DNA of 64,000 bases, taken from Acidimicrobiia bacterium. GTDB taxonomy: Bacteria > Actinomycetota > Acidimicrobiia > Spongiisociales > UBA11373. Location: the NCBI GenBank assembly GCA_016215655.1, contig JACRIT010000004.1:13492-77491 (forward strand). The letters are read 5' to 3'. Both the position numbers and the translations under genes were made by a program. Below the pieces are notes generated by a model. It was not told the DNA's origin and made no database searches. It worked only from the letters and a program-made list of their open reading frames with translations. The number at the start of each line of letters is the position of its first letter. Positions within the stretch are counted from its first letter, which is position 1. Positions 8,763 to 18,864 of the stretch are shown here, piece by piece.

Positions 8763-10004
8763 TCAGCCTACGGCCGGATTCGCCCCGGGTTTGTCATGAC
8801 GCCGCGCCGCGACCAGGAACGGGATCGCAATCGCCTGGGTTGCGCCAGCCACCAGATACGAAGCGCCGAACCCCCAGGCATCGGCGGATCGCCCGAGCAG
8901 CGGCTGGGCGACGACGCTCCCGGACGACCCCATGAGCGCCACGAATGACAGGACCGTGGCCCGCTCTCCGGAGGAGATGTGGCTGTTGAGGTAGGCCTGC
9001 CGCACCGGCACCGCGGCGGCGAAGCCGACCGCCCAGATCACGAGCAACGCCACCGCCCATCCGAAGTGCTCGGTGACTCCCATGAGACCGAGGGCGACGG
9101 TGCCGATCACCACGGCGCCGATGAGTACTTCGGTGCGCCGCTCCGTCATCCGCAGAACCGTGGTGGCAAGAAGACCGCCCGCGATCTGGGCGCCGGCGAG
9201 TACCGCCGCCGCCAGCCCGGCGATGCCGAATGCGGTGTCGTCGCCGTACAGCTCGAGCAGGTAGGGCTGCATCGCATAGAAGACATACAGGCTCACCCCG
9301 ACGGTGAAGGGCGTCGCCAGCATCATCCACCGCACCGGGGGATGGCGCCAGCCACCAGCGATCGAGGTCCGCAGTACCCGGCGTATCTCGTCGGCGGTGC
9401 GTTCGCCGCGCTTGGGTGCGAACCCGATGTCGTGCATCGCCACCGCCGCGACGACAAAGGTCAGGGCGAGTACTCCGCTGCGAACCAGGTAGGGGACCGC
9501 CAGATTCGTCACCTGGGCCAGGTATCCCCCGGCCACGGTCCCGGCGAGCATGGCGATGCCGCCGATGGTCTGGCCCCGACCGAACACGGCGGCGAGGTCA
9601 CCGGCGAAACCCGTGGAGGCGAGGGCGTCGACCAGCCACGCCTCGACGGCTCCGGAGAAGAACGTGAACCCGAGTCCGATGGCGGCCGAGGCCACCGCCC
9701 ATCCCCACAGGGGGGCCTCGATCTGCCACATGAGGAGATAGGCCAAGGTGGCGGCGAAGAGCGTTGCCGCACCCAGGAGAAACGAGGCACGACGGCCCCT
9801 GGTGTCGGCGACGACCCCGGTCGGCACCTCGAAGATCACCATTCCGAGAGCGAAGAAGGCGTTGGCGACGAAGGCCTCGGTGGTGGTGAGGCCGGCATCG
9901 AGCAGGAACAGGGTGTTGACCCCCCAGATGAACGACGCCGCCAGCGTGCTCAGCAGGGTCAGCAGGAGATAGGTGCGCTGCACGGCGCGTACGGCAGGGG
10001 GCAC
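8763..10004 (-). CDS. MFS transporter
   Basis: About 12 TM segments; FEVPTGVVADTRGRR motif A; RATVLS. Confidence 0.9.
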   Translation of the reverse strand: MPPAVRAVQRTYLLLTLLSTLAASFIWGVNTLFLLDAGLTTTEAFVANAFFALGMVIFEVPTGVVADTRGRRASFLLGAATLFAATLAYLLMWQIEAPLWGWAVASAAIGLGFTFFSGAVEAWLVDALASTGFAGDLAAVFGRGQTIGGIAMLAGTVAGGYLAQVTNLAVPYLVRSGVLALTFVVAAVAMHDIGFAPKRGERTADEIRRVLRTSIAGGWRHPPVRWMMLATPFTVGVSLYVFYAMQPYLLELYGDDTAFGIAGLAAAVLAGAQIAGGLLATTVLRMTERRTEVLIGAVVIGTVALGLMGVTEHFGWAVALLVIWAVGFAAAVPVRQAYLNSHISSGERATVLSFVALMGSSGSVVAQPLLGRSADAWGFGASYLVAGATQAIAIPFLVAARRHDKPGANPAVG

Positions 10005-10013
10005 GGGAAGACG

Positions 10014-10125
10014 CTACCGGCTTCCCGCTCCCAGCTGCCGGCTTCCGGCACGAGTCGTTGCCCGTTGCCCGTCGCCCGTCGCCTGTCGTCCGTCACCCGG
10101 AACCCAACGGGCATCTGGCATCTGC
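10014..10125. repeat. heptamer mosaic, direct partner of 7541-7715
   Basis: ccagctgccggcttccggc, then (gttgccc)2 gtcgccc gtcgcct gtcgtcc gtcaccc, then (gcatctg)2: same motif order as 7541-7715. Confidence 0.8.
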
Positions 10126-10163
10126 CGCGTACCTAGTCTCGCGTGCCCACCTACGCTCGCGCC

Positions 10164-10517
10164 ATGTACGAGACCCCGGCCGGTCCTGCTGCGGAGTTGC
10201 CACCCGGTGTGGTGCATGGTGCCGGGAGATTCGCCGTCGGCAACGACGACGGCGAACGTTTTGCCCTCACCCGGCGGTGCCGCCACCTGTTTGCCGATCT
10301 CGCTGCGGGGACGATCGATGACGGCTGCCTCACCTGCCCGTGGCATGGATCGCAATACGACATCGCCACCGGCAAGATGGTGCGCGGTCCGGGCGGAGCC
10401 TTCGGCGCCATCCCCGGGCTGGCGCAGTCGGTGAAGGCCGTGGCCAACGTCGTGCCCCTGGGACGCGGCGTGGTGGTCGAACGCGACGGCGAGCTCTTCG
10501 TGCATCGAGCCGAGTAG
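10164..10517 (+). CDS. Rieske [2Fe-2S] domain protein
   Basis: CRH and CPWHG ligands; TACGCT 6 nt before the ATG. Confidence 0.9.
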   Translation: MYETPAGPAAELPPGVVHGAGRFAVGNDDGERFALTRRCRHLFADLAAGTIDDGCLTCPWHGSQYDIATGKMVRGPGGAFGAIPGLAQSVKAVANVVPLGRGVVVERDGELFVHRAE

Positions 10518-10617
10518 CGCACCGATCCGCCGGACTCGAATCACGCCCCTGGTACCCTCAACCTCGCTCCCGACCCGCCGCACGAGGTTTGCGCGTGTTG
10601 CCACGGAGCGATCGAGG

Positions 10618-11871
10618 GTGATGTCCGAGACCAGACCAACCGATGCCGCCGCCGACAGCTTCGCTGCTCTCGGAGTGTCTCCCGATCTCGTGGCGGCTCT
10701 CGCCGCCCAGGGGATCATCGAACCCTTCCCGGTCCAGATCATGACGATTCCCGATGGCCTCGCCGGACGCGACGTCTGCGGCAAGGCGCAGACCGGCTCG
10801 GGCAAGACGCTGGCGTTTGGCATCCCGCTGATCGAGCGGACCGCCCACGCCGGCCAGAAGCATCCGAATGCCCTCGTGGTGGTGCCCACCCGGGAGCTGT
10901 GCCTGCAGGTGTCCGAGGCGCTGCGGCCGCTCGGCAAGGCCCGGGGTCTCAAACTCGCCGCGGTGTACGGGGGGGCACCCATGGGCGCTCAGGTCGCGCA
11001 ACTCCGCGACGGCGTCGATCTGCTCGTCGCCACTCCGGGTCGACTCATCGATCTCATCGATCGCAAGGCCGTGGAGGTGACCCATGTCGCCTCGGTGGTA
11101 CTCGACGAGGCCGATCAGATGGCCGACATGGGCTTCCTGCCCCAGGTGCATCAGATCATGCGCCGCATCGGCGGCACGCCGCAGGTGATGCTCTTCAGTG
11201 CCACGCTCGACGGACAGGTGCAGGGTCTCATCAACCGCTATCTCCACGATCCGATCCGTCACGAGGTGGCCTCGGAGGGCGACATCGCCGATACCCAGAC
11301 CCATCGGTTCATCGCGGTGCACCACATGGACAAGGCAAAGGTGGCGGCGCGCATCATTCGCAGTGTGACCCGGACCCTGGTGTTCGTCTCCACCCGCCAT
11401 GGGGCGGATCGGGTCGCCGAGGACCTGCGCCGCGAGGGAGTCGATGCGCTGCCCATCCACGGCGAGCTGAAGCAGTCGGATCGAGAGCCGCGACTCGCCG
11501 ACTTCACCGACGGGCGGCTTCCTGCGCTCGTGGCGACGAACCTGGCCGCTCGGGGCCTCCACATCTCCGACGTCGACGTGGTGCTCCACTTCGAGCCGCC
11601 CCAGGACTACAAGTCGTTCGTGCATCGTTCCGGTCGCACTGCTCGCGCCGGTGAGACCGGGCTCGTCGTGACCCTGGTCGAGTGGGATCAGATCGAAGAC
11701 GTGCAGCGTATTCAGAAGGCGTCCGGTCTCACCTACGAGATCGTGAAGATGTTCTCCAACGATCCCCGTCTCGACGACCTGGTGGCGCATCAGCCCGACG
11801 TGGTCGAACTCAAGCGCACCAGCGATGTCGAGCTGTCTCGCCGGTTCCGCAGCGGACGGCGGCGCCGCTGA
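10618..11871 (+). CDS. DEAD-box RNA helicase
   Basis: AQTGSGKT, PTREL, DEAD, SAT, ARGL and HRSGRTAR motifs. Confidence 0.95.
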   Translation: MMSETRPTDAAADSFAALGVSPDLVAALAAQGIIEPFPVQIMTIPDGLAGRDVCGKAQTGSGKTLAFGIPLIERTAHAGQKHPNALVVVPTRELCLQVSEALRPLGKARGLKLAAVYGGAPMGAQVAQLRDGVDLLVATPGRLIDLIDRKAVEVTHVASVVLDEADQMADMGFLPQVHQIMRRIGGTPQVMLFSATLDGQVQGLINRYLHDPIRHEVASEGDIADTQTHRFIAVHHMDKAKVAARIIRSVTRTLVFVSTRHGADRVAEDLRREGVDALPIHGELKQSDREPRLADFTDGRLPALVATNLAARGLHISDVDVVLHFEPPQDYKSFVHRSGRTARAGETGLVVTLVEWDQIEDVQRIQKASGLTYEIVKMFSNDPRLDDLVAHQPDVVELKRTSDVELSRRFRSGRRRR

Positions 11872-11878
11872 GGAGCGC

Positions 11879-13069
11879 CTAGCGGCGCGTCCCCTCCAGG
11901 TCGCGCAGGGCGGCGGCAAGTCGCTCGTACTCCTCGATCCGGTTGTAGACCTGCGCCGAGATCCGCAACACCCGCTCGGGGGTGCGCGGCCAGAGCGGTA
12001 CCGGCACCTCGATCCCGTATCGCTCACGCAGTTCGCCGCCAAGCCGATCTCCGCCGGCGGCGTCGCCCTCCGGCCCCCGTCCCGGGCGAAGGGGGATGGA
12101 CGCCATGGACCCGATCATCCCCTCCGGCGGCAGCACCTCCGCGCCGCCTACCGCAGCGGCGATGATCGCCCTCCCGGCGAGGACGAGGTCCCGGTTGTGG
12201 CGGCGGACTCCGTCCCAGCCGCCGGGGAGGAGCGAGGCCATCGTCTCGAGAGCCCGCGGCACCGCCAGGTACGGCGTCGGATCGTCGGTGCCCGTCCAGT
12301 CGAAGAGCAGGTGAAAGCGGGAACGGTCGGTTCGGGTGGAGTTGAATCCGTGGCTGATGACCACGGGCATGACCGCATCCCGCAGTGGTGGCGCCACGAC
12401 GAGGAAGCCCGATCCCTTGGGGGCGCACATCCACTTGTGGCAGTTGCCCGTGTAGTACGACGCCCCGATCGCGGATATGTCGACCGGGACCATCCCCGGG
12501 GCGTGAGCGCCGTCGACGAGGACGGCGATGCCTCGCGCCTCGAGGGGGGCGACGATGCGCTCCACGGGGAGCACGAGCGCGGTGGGACTGGTGACATGGT
12601 CGACGAGGACGAGCCTGGTCCGATCTGACACCTGGGCCATGATCGCCGCCACCACGGCATCGGGGTCGACGACGGGGAAGGGGAGCGAAGCGATCCGCAG
12701 CGCGGCCCCGCTCCGAGAGGCGGCACGGTCGATGGTGTTGCGACAGGCGTTGTACCCGTGGTCGGTGATCACGATCTCGTCACCACGCTGGAGTCGCAGC
12801 GAGCCGACCACCGCGTTGACGCCGGTGGTGGCGTTGGGGACGAAGGCGAGACCTTCGGGGTCGGCGCCGATGAACCCGGCGAGGGCATGGCGCGCCTCGT
12901 CGAGCATGCCGTCGAGGCGCCGGGCGAGGAACTCGACCGGATTGTGCTCCATCCGACGGCGGAGGGCCGCCTGGTGGTCGAGGACGGGTCGCGGGCACGC
13001 CCCAAAAGACCCGTGGTTGAGGTGGACCACCTCCGGATCGAGATCCCAGAGGCGGCGGAGATCGGACAT
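11879..13069 (-). CDS. class V PLP aminotransferase (isopenicillin-N epimerase / C-S lyase-like)
   Basis: HLNHGSFG, NATTG, VDGAH and GNCHKW (PLP Lys) motifs. Confidence 0.85.
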   Translation of the reverse strand: MSDLRRLWDLDPEVVHLNHGSFGACPRPVLDHQAALRRRMEHNPVEFLARRLDGMLDEARHALAGFIGADPEGLAFVPNATTGVNAVVGSLRLQRGDEIVITDHGYNACRNTIDRAASRSGAALRIASLPFPVVDPDAVVAAIMAQVSDRTRLVLVDHVTSPTALVLPVERIVAPLEARGIAVLVDGAHAPGMVPVDISAIGASYYTGNCHKWMCAPKGSGFLVVAPPLRDAVMPVVISHGFNSTRTDRSRFHLLFDWTGTDDPTPYLAVPRALETMASLLPGGWDGVRRHNRDLVLAGRAIIAAAVGGAEVLPPEGMIGSMASIPLRPGRGPEGDAAGGDRLGGELRERYGIEVPVPLWPRTPERVLRISAQVYNRIEEYERLAAALRDLEGTRR

Positions 13070-13071
13070 GA

Positions 13072-14811
13072 CTACTGGATCGAGATGAACACCGGGATCG
13101 GCACGAGCTGCAACACCTCGGCGGCGCTGATCGGTCCGGGGATGTCCTCGTCGAGGAAGTGCTTCCACCCGTACTCGAACTGGTCGGTCGACCAGTCGGT
13201 GGTCAGATCGGAGTCCCAGCCCGTGATCGTCGACTGCCAGGTCCCCATCTTGTCGGCGATCTCCCCATGACCGTCCATCTGGATGACCAGGCTGACTTCC
13301 GGGGTCGCCTCGATCAGTTCCCGGTTGGGAATCATGTCGAACCAGAACTGGTGGAGGAGCAGCATCTTCTGCGGTAGGGCGTTGTTGCGGGTGAGCTCGG
13401 CGAGCCACTCCACCACCGCGTTGACCTCAGCGGGCTCGACCGCTCCCCAGTAGCCGCCGTGGGTCTCATCGGGGCCGAGGCGCCACTCCGGGTCAAGGGC
13501 GAGGCCGACATGGGGCTGGCGCAGCAGCTCCTCGTAGAGCATCGCCTGGGAGAGGAACGTTTCCCTCCCCGGCTGGAGGTCGAGCAACACGTACATGCCG
13601 TTGGCGGCAGCGAAGTCCACCCACGGGGTGAGCACATCGAGTCCCATCTCGTTCGAGTAGTCGCCATCATTGCCCGGGTTGGCGGCAGCCACCGTGGCGA
13701 TGAGTTCCCAGCCGGGGATCACCTGGGTGCCGTCGGCGTCGTATCCCACCGACATCGCCTCGAGACGGGCCAGCCCGCCGGCAGGATCCTGCTCCCCGAG
13801 CACTCCGAGCGATGTGGTGAGGGGATTGCCGTAGAGCGCGATGATGCGTCGTCCGGGGAACAGGAGGAATCCGCCGCCGGGGAGCTGGTCGCCGCGCAGC
13901 AGCACCATCGCCTGCCATCCGGCATCTTCGGTCCCACCGACGATCTGGATCATGCGAACGCCATCGGCGAAGGGGGCGAGATCCCGGCTCAGGGCGACCT
14001 CGTTGCGGAGGTCCGTGCCATCGACCAGACCCATGAAGCCCCCCGACGTGATCGCCCCGACGGCGGCGACCAATGCCGCCTCTGGCTCATCGAGGTCGAT
14101 GAGCCAGACCATGCCCGATTCGCCGCTGCCGGCGGTGATGTCGTTGCCGCTCACCGGTGACACCGGAACCACCGAACCGTCGGTGGCCGGGGGAGTGAGG
14201 GACCGGCCCGTGACCATCGCTTCGATGGCGATCGCCACGGTGTCGGTGCCACCACCCGCAGGAAGGAGGAGATCCTCGTCGGCTTCGATCATGGTGGCGA
14301 TCTCGGCGGCGATCTCCTGGTCGGTGCCACCGATCCGTTCGACCGTCGTCCACTCCGGAGCCGACGCTTCGGCGGACTCTCCCACGAGCCACAGGCGTTG
14401 TGGGGCGAGACGGTCGAGCTCGTAGGTGAGCTGGTTTGCGGTCTCGGCATCGCCGACGAGCAGCGGAGCCTGGAGGTTCACCGCGAGCACTGCGGCGAGA
14501 GCGATGCGATTGACGTCGGTGGCATCGACGACGACCACGTCGACGGCGCAGTCGAACATCGTCTGGGAAGCTGCCACCGCGGCGACGTGAGGGCTGTCGG
14601 CAGGAAGCCGTTCGATGGTCGGTGTCCCCGCGGTCCCCTGAGGGGCGAGCACGGTCGTGGCGGCGCACGGCCGGGGATCGATCGTCGTGGTCGTCGCATC
14701 GGCGCTCACCGTCGAAGGTGGTCCGGTGGGGAGGGTCTCGGGAACGGTGCCCCCGGAGGAGCACGACGAGGCGGCCAGGGCGAGGGCGAGGAGGGGTATG
14801 AAACGGCGCAC
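13072..14811 (-). CDS. secreted lipoprotein: cell-wall-binding-repeat-like middle plus uncharacterised actinobacterial C-terminal domain
   Basis: Lipobox LAASSC and Thr/Pro linker; C-terminal ALYGNP..LGVLGE, LDLQPGR, ALDPEW and QKMLLLHQF motifs. Confidence 0.65.
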   Translation of the reverse strand: MRRFIPLLALALAASSCSSGGTVPETLPTGPPSTVSADATTTTIDPRPCAATTVLAPQGTAGTPTIERLPADSPHVAAVAASQTMFDCAVDVVVVDATDVNRIALAAVLAVNLQAPLLVGDAETANQLTYELDRLAPQRLWLVGESAEASAPEWTTVERIGGTDQEIAAEIATMIEADEDLLLPAGGGTDTVAIAIEAMVTGRSLTPPATDGSVVPVSPVSGNDITAGSGESGMVWLIDLDEPEAALVAAVGAITSGGFMGLVDGTDLRNEVALSRDLAPFADGVRMIQIVGGTEDAGWQAMVLLRGDQLPGGGFLLFPGRRIIALYGNPLTTSLGVLGEQDPAGGLARLEAMSVGYDADGTQVIPGWELIATVAAANPGNDGDYSNEMGLDVLTPWVDFAAANGMYVLLDLQPGRETFLSQAMLYEELLRQPHVGLALDPEWRLGPDETHGGYWGAVEPAEVNAVVEWLAELTRNNALPQKMLLLHQFWFDMIPNRELIEATPEVSLVIQMDGHGEIADKMGTWQSTITGWDSDLTTDWSTDQFEYGWKHFLDEDIPGPISAAEVLQLVPIPVFISIQ

Positions 14812-14841
14812 GGGTGCTCGGAGGCTAACCGCCCGCGGGGT

Positions 14842-15618
14842 CTACTCCGGCGGAATGACCATTGCCGGGCCGGTACCCGGTGGCGGGGGGATGTAGGGAC
14901 GGGTGTCCCACACATGGATGGGCATGCCGATGAAGAGATGGGGCTCGAGCCAGTCGGCGTCGGCGATCGTGACGCGCACACAACCGTGAGAGGCCGGGTA
15001 GGTGGGAACACTGCGATAGCCGTGGACCCCGTAGAAGCGAGAGAATCCCCAGTACTTGTAGACGCACCATCCCGTCACCGAGTCGCAGCCCCACCCGTAC
15101 TGATGGTTCTGCAGGACGAAGTCGCCGCGTGGAGTCCGCGACGTGGCCCATGATCCGTTGCGGACGCTCCAGTACACATTGCCCGAGCCGGTCGACACGG
15201 GGAGGATCTGGGTGACCCTTCCACCGCGCACGAGAAACAGCAACTGCCGGGCGATGTCGATCTCGATGTAGTCCTTCTCGTTCCAACGATTCGGGATGCC
15301 GGGGGGCGGGAGCTGCGCCAGCCGCACCCAATCGAGGGAGTCGAACGTCGCCGTACGATCGATGCCGAGGTACTTGTGGAGGGCGATGACTGCCGTCTCG
15401 GTCCCGCGCCCGAAGACGCCGTCGATCTCGAAGTGGTAGAACCCGGCGTCGGCGAGGGCCTGCTGCATCCTGGCGACATCGGGGCCAGAGTCACCGGGCT
15501 CGAGACGCACCAGGGTCGAGTCGAGCGACGGAGGGAGCGGCGACTCCTCTGCCGCCGCGGGAGCGGCGTTCAGCGCCGTGGCAAGGAGCACGGCAGTGGC
15601 GGCGAGTCGGCGAATCAT
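14842..15618 (-). CDS. L,D-transpeptidase (YkuD) with peptidoglycan-binding domain
   Basis: Signal peptide; DVARMQQAL..DGVFG PG-binding repeat; GVHG..SHGCVR catalytic motif. Confidence 0.9.
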   Translation of the reverse strand: MIRRLAATAVLLATALNAAPAAAEESPLPPSLDSTLVRLEPGDSGPDVARMQQALADAGFYHFEIDGVFGRGTETAVIALHKYLGIDRTATFDSLDWVRLAQLPPPGIPNRWNEKDYIEIDIARQLLFLVRGGRVTQILPVSTGSGNVYWSVRNGSWATSRTPRGDFVLQNHQYGWGCDSVTGWCVYKYWGFSRFYGVHGYRSVPTYPASHGCVRVTIADADWLEPHLFIGMPIHVWDTRPYIPPPPGTGPAMVIPPE

Positions 15619-15748
15619 CGGTTTCCCCCTACAGGGCACCACACAGCATACGGGACGGCAAGGATCTGTTTCGCGCTTTTCGGATCATCGCGGCCCGATC
15701 TGAAGCCTTTCGGCCGGAAGCCGCGCACTGTGGTGCGTCGGCTCCGCC

Positions 15749-16501
15749 CTATCCAGCGAGCGTCCCGGCGAACACCTGCCAGGCGAGCAGGGACTTGGCG
15801 ACCAGGCTGAGGGTCATGTACCCCTTCTCGCCGTAGGCGTAGTCCGCCCACTTCCCGACGCGGCGGTACTGCAGCCACATGTTCACCGCGAAGGCGTTGA
15901 AGAACACGAAGAGCGACCCGTAGATGGCGTAGACGAAGCCGGGCGGCTCGGCGGCGGAGCCGGGGGACAGGAGGTAGATGCCGATGACGATCCAGGGGGC
16001 GGCGCCGATGGCGGAACCGAGCCAGAACGGCAGCAGGCTCCCGCCGGGGCGCTCGTACCGCTCCTGGACCAGACCGAAGAGGATCATGGCGGCATTGGCG
16101 GCGAAGATGGCTCCGAGGGCGGCGACATCGGAGATCCCCGTGAGCATGGCGATGAGCACGATCATCACCGAGGCGCTCAGGGAGTACTCGATCCAGCGGG
16201 CGTAGTTGCGTCCCGCGATCAGATTGGCCGTGTACCAGCGGAACACGCGCGGGGCGACGATGGTGAAGTGGGCGATCGCCGAGAGGAACAGGAAGACGGC
16301 GACCCCGACGGCGAAGGAGACCTCGAAGAGCACCCGGGCATCGCCCAGTCCGCTCCCGGGGGGTCCCTCCATGAAGCTCCCCGTCACGGGAAGGGCGAAG
16401 CCGTTGCCGAGGGCAAGTACCGCCACGCCCTGGCCGGCGTGGAGGATTCCGAGCAGAAGGTTGGTGCGGCGCAGCCGCGCCGGAACGAATGCGGTGGTCA
16501 T
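15749..16501 (-). CDS. heliorhodopsin (HeR)
   Basis: 7 TM; LHAGQ and AIAHF histidines, RWIEYSLSAS, and LSLVAKSLLAWQ with the retinal-binding Lys. Confidence 0.95.
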   Translation of the reverse strand: MTTAFVPARLRRTNLLLGILHAGQGVAVLALGNGFALPVTGSFMEGPPGSGLGDARVLFEVSFAVGVAVFLFLSAIAHFTIVAPRVFRWYTANLIAGRNYARWIEYSLSASVMIVLIAMLTGISDVAALGAIFAANAAMILFGLVQERYERPGGSLLPFWLGSAIGAAPWIVIGIYLLSPGSAAEPPGFVYAIYGSLFVFFNAFAVNMWLQYRRVGKWADYAYGEKGYMTLSLVAKSLLAWQVFAGTLAG

Positions 16502-16548
16502 GACCTCGGAATGTAGAGAGCGGCGGTTTCCACTCAAATCAGAGCGGC

Positions 16549-17439
16549 CTACAAGAGGCGGTCGGCCAGCGCCCTGAGGTCGGCGAGGGGGAAGGGTTCG
16601 GCCGACAGGACCTGGATGGCGACGTGATCGGCTCCCGCCTCCAGGTGGTCACGGATCCTGGCGGCGACGGTGTCGGCGTCGCCCCAGGCGACGATGGCGT
16701 CGACGAGGGCGTCGGTGCCACCCTGATCGAGGTCTGCCTCGGTCCAACCGAGTCGAAGCAGATTGCGGCGGTAGTTGTCGAGGCGCAGGTAGCCCTGCAT
16801 ATGGGAGCGGGCCAGGGTCCGGGCGCGCGCTGCATCGGGCTCGATCACCACGGCTTGTTCCGGTGCCAGCCACGGTTCCGGTCCGAGCACCCGGCGGGCG
16901 AAACGGGTGTGTTCGATCGGGGAGAAGTAGGGGTGGGCGCCCGACGTGCGGGTGCCGGCGAGCCGCAGCATCTTGGGCCCGAGGGCGGCCAGGATCACCG
17001 GAACCTCGGGCAACGCCCCGGGTCCGACGAAGGAGGCAGCCTGGATCCCGTCGAGGTAGGCCTCCATGCGGGCGACGGGATGGGCGTAGGAGCCGCCCCG
17101 GCGCGAAACGGATGGTGCGTGGCTCACTCCGAGACCGAGCACGAACCGTCCCGGCCATGCCTCTCCCAGCGCCGTGGCTCCGGAGGCGGCAGCGTTGGCG
17201 TCGCGGGCCCACATGCTGGCGATGCCGGTGACGGCCGCCAGCCGTGGTGTCGCCGACAGGATGAGGGCCGACGTGACCATGGCCTCGCGGCCGCGACTCT
17301 CCGGATACCACACCGCCCGATACCCCATGTCCTCGATGGCGGCGGCGGCCCGGCGAACCTCGGCGGCCGGCTGATCCACCATGGACCAGGACCACACCCC
17401 TACCGATCCGAGGTCGGGCAGGGGAGCGTCGAGGCGCAT
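16549..17439 (-). CDS. LLM-class (probably F420-dependent) oxidoreductase
   Basis: GRFVLGLGVSH, LAALGPKML, GAHPYF and AGADHVAIQ motifs. Confidence 0.9.
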   Translation of the reverse strand: MRLDAPLPDLGSVGVWSWSMVDQPAAEVRRAAAAIEDMGYRAVWYPESRGREAMVTSALILSATPRLAAVTGIASMWARDANAAASGATALGEAWPGRFVLGLGVSHAPSVSRRGGSYAHPVARMEAYLDGIQAASFVGPGALPEVPVILAALGPKMLRLAGTRTSGAHPYFSPIEHTRFARRVLGPEPWLAPEQAVVIEPDAARARTLARSHMQGYLRLDNYRRNLLRLGWTEADLDQGGTDALVDAIVAWGDADTVAARIRDHLEAGADHVAIQVLSAEPFPLADLRALADRLL

Positions 17440-18773
17440 CAGCGGGCCAGTTCGTGGAGGGCGATCGCCTCGGAGAGCACGAATCGCCGCAGTTCATCGA
17501 GGTGGATGCTCTCGTTGGGGCCATGAGCCCGGCACTCGGGGTCGGCGGCGCCGGTCAGGACGATGGCGGCATTCGGATACGCCGCGGAGAACGCCGCCAC
17601 GAAGGGGATCGAGCCTCCCACGCCGATGTCCACCGGGGGCCGTTCCCAGGCCTCCTCGAAACCCCGCCGAAAGGCCTCCACCCGCGGGTCCTTGCCGCCG
17701 AGGCGGAAGGGCTCACCCGACTCGTGCGGGGTCACGGTGACCGTGGCTCCCCACGCCGGCTGGCTCTCGAGATGGGCGACGAGTGACGCCATCGCCCGGG
17801 CCGGCGAATCGCCCGGGGCGAGACGGACACTCACCTTGGCGCGTGCTCGTGGAATGAGCTGGTTGATCGCCTCGGCGACCGGCGGGGCGTCGATGGCGAG
17901 CACGGCCGCGGCGGGACGCGTCCACAGCCGCGAGGTGAGGCTTCCCTTTCCGATGAGCTCGACACCGGGTAGCACTCCGGCCTGGGAGCGGAGTTCGGCC
18001 TCGGTGAGGTCGAGCGGTTCGGTCTCCTCCGATACCAGCCCGGGAATCGCCACATTGCCTGCGGCGTCGTGAAGCGACGCCAGGACCCGGGTGAGAGTCG
18101 TGAGGGCATCGGGGATGGCACCGCCGAATTGTCCCGAGTGCACTCCGGATTCGAGCACCCGCACCTCGACGAACAACGAGATCAGTCCGCGCAGCGAGAT
18201 GGTGAGTGCCGGGGTTCCCACACGCCAGTTGCCCGAGTCGGCGATGACGATGACGTCGGAGGCGAGGAGGGCGCCGTGGGTGGTGATGAACTCCGCGAGG
18301 TGGGATGACCCCACCTCCTCTTCGCCCTCCACGAACACCTTGATGCTCACCGGGGGATTGGGCCCGAGCAGCCTTGCCACCGCCGCATGGGTGACGACGC
18401 CGCACTTGTCGTCGGAAGACCCGCGCCCCTGGAGTCTGCCGTTGCGCTCGATCGGTTCGAACGGGGGTGTCGTCCATTCCGAGTTTGGGCCGGGAGGCTG
18501 CACATCGTGGTGGGCATAGAGGAGCACCGTGGGAGCGCCCGGAGGCCCGGCGATCTCGCCGTAGACGGCGGGGTGGGCACCGGGCAGTTCGAGGATCTGG
18601 ATCCCCGTGAACCCGGATCGGGCGAGGAGATCGGCGGTGGCCTCCGCCGATCGCCGCACCTGCGCGGAGTCGTAGCCGGCGGCACTCACGGATGGGATGC
18701 GGATGAGGGCTTCGAGCTCGGTACGAATCCAGGGGAAGAGGTCGTCGACGGCGGCGGCGAGTCCGGTGTGCAC
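17439..18773 (-). CDS. M20 family dipeptidase
   Basis: YAHHDVQP, GRGSSDDK, EGEEE, GGSIP and AHGPNE motifs; start inferred from TAGCCT 7 nt upstream of a GTG. Confidence 0.9.
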   Translation of the reverse strand: MHTGLAAAVDDLFPWIRTELEALIRIPSVSAAGYDSAQVRRSAEATADLLARSGFTGIQILELPGAHPAVYGEIAGPPGAPTVLLYAHHDVQPPGPNSEWTTPPFEPIERNGRLQGRGSSDDKCGVVTHAAVARLLGPNPPVSIKVFVEGEEEVGSSHLAEFITTHGALLASDVIVIADSGNWRVGTPALTISLRGLISLFVEVRVLESGVHSGQFGGAIPDALTTLTRVLASLHDAAGNVAIPGLVSEETEPLDLTEAELRSQAGVLPGVELIGKGSLTSRLWTRPAAAVLAIDAPPVAEAINQLIPRARAKVSVRLAPGDSPARAMASLVAHLESQPAWGATVTVTPHESGEPFRLGGKDPRVEAFRRGFEEAWERPPVDIGVGGSIPFVAAFSAAYPNAAIVLTGAADPECRAHGPNESIHLDELRRFVLSEAIALHELAR

Positions 18774-18864
18774 AGCGGGGAGGCTAGCGATGGCCCCGGC
18801 CCGCCCTGTCAATCGGCGACCGGGAGAGAATCCCGTACGATTCGGCTTTCGATGAGGAGGCACG

